Positions 48,874 through 51,087 of a stretch of DNA of 51,087 nt are shown here, piece by piece (within the stretch, counting starts at the first letter, position 1; every line of letters begins with the position of its first letter). The translations under genes were made by a program, and so were the position numbers. Location: positions 1 to 51,087 of the IMG/VR virus record IMGVR_UViG_3300032260_000006; one strand, given 5' to 3'. The stretch comes from a virus (lineage: Duplodnaviria > Caudoviricetes). The notes beneath the pieces are model-generated. The model ran no database searches, was not told where the DNA came from, and saw only the letters and a program-made list of their open reading frames with translations.

Positions 48874-48878
48874 GATAG

Positions 48879-48951
48879 TTGTCCCGCTAAGGCTCGAACT
48901 TAGACTCTTCTGAACCAAAATCAGATGTGTTGCCAGTTACACCACAGGACA
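48879..48951 (-). tRNA. tRNA-Gln(UUG)
   Basis: Acceptor TGTCCTG/CGGGACA, D arm GTGTAACTGGCAACAC, anticodon arm TCTGA-TTTTGGT-TCAGA and T arm CTAAG-TTCGAGC-CTTAG. CCA is not encoded. Confidence 0.93.
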
Positions 48952-49013
48952 ATAAACACTCAGCTCTTAGCAAATGTAAGTTTACTGAGTGTATATATGA
49001 ATTATATTTAATG

Positions 49014-49044
49014 CAAAGATATATAAAATATATTAATAAGCAAA
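49014..49044 (-). promoter_or_regulatory. Bacteroidota housekeeping-sigma promoter driving the tRNA
   Basis: TTTG-N19-TATCTTTG. Confidence 0.75.
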
Positions 49045-49046
49045 AT

Positions 49047-49430
49047 TTATATATTTTCATTAAGTGTTTTTATATCTTTTTCAAATTGTTCTATTAATGG
49101 ATTTAAATTTTTTATATGTGTTTGATGTAATTCATTAGATATTCTATTTTCAGAATAAGAATGAATTGATTTTTCTTTTGAACGCTTTAATAATTTCAGT
49201 TCATTTTCTAGCATTTCAATTGGTGTTAATGTCATTGTTTCTAATTTATAATTCTGTTCAATTTTCTCATGTTTAGCTTTATAATATTCAAACATGTCTT
49301 TCATAATTCTTGGATCACGAGGTTTTTCATCTCTTTCAAAATTTTCAATCATCACAAGACAATGCTCTAATTGACCTATGCGTTTACAGCTATCAATCGT
49401 TGATATGATCTTAAGTATTTTTTCTAACAT
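49047..49430 (-). CDS. Hypothetical protein
   Basis: 127-aa ORF. Confidence 0.6.
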   Translation of the reverse strand: MLEKILKIISTIDSCKRIGQLEHCLVMIENFERDEKPRDPRIMKDMFEYYKAKHEKIEQNYKLETMTLTPIEMLENELKLLKRSKEKSIHSYSENRISNELHQTHIKNLNPLIEQFEKDIKTLNENI

Positions 49431-50199
49431 ACCCTGCTTCTTTTAATTTTTTAATTATAAATTCAACACCCTTCTGATAAACAACTGTTTGAAAACCAAA
49501 TTCCTTTTCTCCATTTGATTTAGTCCAAGAGCGTTCTATTGTACGAAAATACCCTCTATCAACATATTTTTGATAGGGTCGCTTACTATCCATCAAAATA
49601 TCTTGATTTCTTAAAAATTGAAAAAGTCTATTTCTACCAATACCCATATTAATAGTTGTAGCAACTAACCCCATATCAATAGTGTAATCACTTTTTGTAA
49701 CAGTATCATAAAAATCTACCTTTGGTTCTGCTTCTTCAATTAATTGATCTTGAAGTTCAGATATTTCAGTTAAAACTTTATTATTTTCACTTAAACCAAT
49801 AATCTCTTTTTCTTGATCAAGAGAAAATTGAATCCATTCCAATTTAGTTTGAGGTATTTTTAGTAATTGACCTCTTGCTTGTTTTTCAGCTTCAATAAAA
49901 TATTCTCTAACTTTATTACCCCTTTCTGTTTGTTCGGCCATTGCAACTTTCTTAGCTGTATCCAAGGTTAAAATGTAGTTTATCTGTGGTCTACCACCTG
50001 CAACACTCACATTATCAGAGTTTATGATAGATTTATCAAAAACTATCCAATCAGTATCTTCTTCAAAAAATGGATTATTAATTACTTTATTTTTAATCCA
50101 ATGTGCAAATTCTTGTTTACTTTCAAGTCCATACCATAATTCTCTGGCATCAACTAATTGTTGCCCATCTTTTTCTGTTACTTTAATTAAATTATACAT
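49411..50199 (-). CDS. Antirepressor (AntA/AntB N-terminal plus KilAC C-terminal domain)
   Basis: 'VDARELWYGLESKQEFAHWIK', 'LTLDTAKKVAM...G.KVREYFIEAEK' and 'PKVDFYD...GRNRLFQFLR...PYQKYVDRGYF...TVVYQKG'. Confidence 0.9.
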   Translation of the reverse strand: MYNLIKVTEKDGQQLVDARELWYGLESKQEFAHWIKNKVINNPFFEEDTDWIVFDKSIINSDNVSVAGGRPQINYILTLDTAKKVAMAEQTERGNKVREYFIEAEKQARGQLLKIPQTKLEWIQFSLDQEKEIIGLSENNKVLTEISELQDQLIEEAEPKVDFYDTVTKSDYTIDMGLVATTINMGIGRNRLFQFLRNQDILMDSKRPYQKYVDRGYFRTIERSWTKSNGEKEFGFQTVVYQKGVEFIIKKLKEAGYVRKNT

Positions 50200-50210
50200 A
50201 ATTTTACCGT

Positions 50211-50417
50211 TTATTTATTTACAAACTCCTTTAATTTTTCTTCAAGAGCTTCATGAATATAAATTTCATTTGCAGAACCTCCATTTCTTTCTGTTCTTAT
50301 TGCAGTAATCCCCTCCAACCCCTCTATTTTATGATCATATCTTGCATCTTCAAGCCATGCTAAAAATTCTTTAGTTGTTTTTCCAGCCTTTTTTAAAATA
50401 TCTTTTACATAAATCAT
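50211..50417 (-). CDS. Hypothetical protein (KilA-N-like)
   Basis: 68 aa, 'IRTERNGG...YIHEAL'. Confidence 0.5.
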   Translation of the reverse strand: MIYVKDILKKAGKTTKEFLAWLEDARYDHKIEGLEGITAIRTERNGGSANEIYIHEALEEKLKEFVNK

Positions 50418-50438
50418 CTTGCTTAATTGTTAATATTT

Positions 50439-50921
50439 TCACAACCGATCTTTTATCTCTTCTAACAAATTTTTAATTTTATGATCCACATCATTTAAAT
50501 CATTTATAGTTTTAACACCATATATAACATTGGCATGGCTTTTATTTACTAAATCACCTATAAACTCATAAGCCACTTTAGGATACAACTCTCTTGAAAT
50601 ATAAAAATATAAAAATCTAGCTTCTGTAACTGTTCTTGCTTGAGATGGTGATTTTAATTTATCTACACTTATATTTACAACTTCAGATGTTGCTTCTAAA
50701 ACATCTTCTAAATGATCTATATGTTTACTGTTCTCTAAAATTTTCTCCAGAGACTTTATACGTTCATTGTTTTTTAAAATATTTGCTAAGGATCTTAAAT
50801 ATTCATTATTTTCTAAAATCTCTAATGCATATAAATAGCCTTCTTTGAAAGAAATAGCCTGCTCTATAGACATTTCTTTTATTTTTGAATTAACACGTTT
50901 CTTTATTGCATCTAAGCGCAT
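50439..50921 (-). CDS. DnaA C-terminal-like HTH protein
   Basis: 'LKSPSQARTVTEARFLYFYISRE...IGDLVNKSHANVIYGVKTI' matches the DnaA domain IV pattern. Confidence 0.8.
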   Translation of the reverse strand: MRLDAIKKRVNSKIKEMSIEQAISFKEGYLYALEILENNEYLRSLANILKNNERIKSLEKILENSKHIDHLEDVLEATSEVVNISVDKLKSPSQARTVTEARFLYFYISRELYPKVAYEFIGDLVNKSHANVIYGVKTINDLNDVDHKIKNLLEEIKDRL

Positions 50922-50924
50922 ATA

Positions 50925-51086
50925 TTATGCTTGTATTATTTGAACTATAGGTAGTTGCGTTTTTGTATCACTGATAATATCAAATGCTTTTTTTACGAAT
51001 ACATGCCCTGCTTTCTTTTGTCTAATTTGTTTTTCAAGGTCTGCAAATTTTTCTTCTGAAACTCTCACCATGAGTGGTGAATATGG
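50925..51086 (-). CDS. Hypothetical protein, probably cut by the window edge
   Basis: Open frame ...PYSPLMVRVSEEKFADLEKQIRQ...IIQA*. Confidence 0.5.
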   Translation of the reverse strand, partial: PYSPLMVRVSEEKFADLEKQIRQKKAGHVFVKKAFDIISDTKTQLPIVQIIQA

Positions 51087-51087
51087 T

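Noticed and set aside
48874-48918. N-terminal extension of ORF 48496..48918
   Set aside because: It overlaps a well-formed tRNA, and an ATG is available at 48873.
48879-48951. Suppressor tRNA or stop-codon recoding
   Set aside because: The anticodon is UUG (Gln), and genes are long and intact under the standard code.
49411-50199. Temperate lifestyle inferred from the antirepressor
   Set aside because: Such domains also occur in lytic phages, and no integrase or repressor is visible here.
378-50848. All plus-strand ORFs in the track
   Set aside because: Each lies antisense to a longer, recognisable minus-strand gene and has the Ser/Leu/Phe-rich composition of shadow frames.

Overview
This is a very AT-rich fragment of a large tailed-phage genome, and essentially all real genes lie on the minus strand. 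The order of the structural module resembles SPO1/Twort-like (Herelleviridae-like) contractile-tailed phages. Several TTTG-N19-TAnnTTTG promoters point to a Bacteroidota host. In transcription order (right to left) the window has three parts. (1) An early/accessory region (~51.1-37.4 kb) of many small ORFs, including a DnaA-C-like HTH protein, an AntA/KilAC antirepressor, tRNA-Gln(UUG), an acyl carrier protein and a probable small terminase. (2) A head module: portal, MuF-like protein with an intein carrying a Vsr/DUF559-like nuclease, Ig and beta-helix proteins, a 1728-aa polyvalent protein, a GIY-YIG homing endonuclease, prohead protease with a long extension, scaffold and major capsid protein. 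(3) Neck, tail and baseplate genes. The most notable signal is an 18-aa motif ending in hydrophobic-x-K-[A/S], which occurs five times in two head-associated proteins, three times directly before a distinct cargo module. Together with dense K-[A/S/G] motifs in other head proteins, this suggests protease-processed polyproteins with a capsid-targeting tag. All family assignments come from recognising motifs by eye and from gene order; no searches were run.
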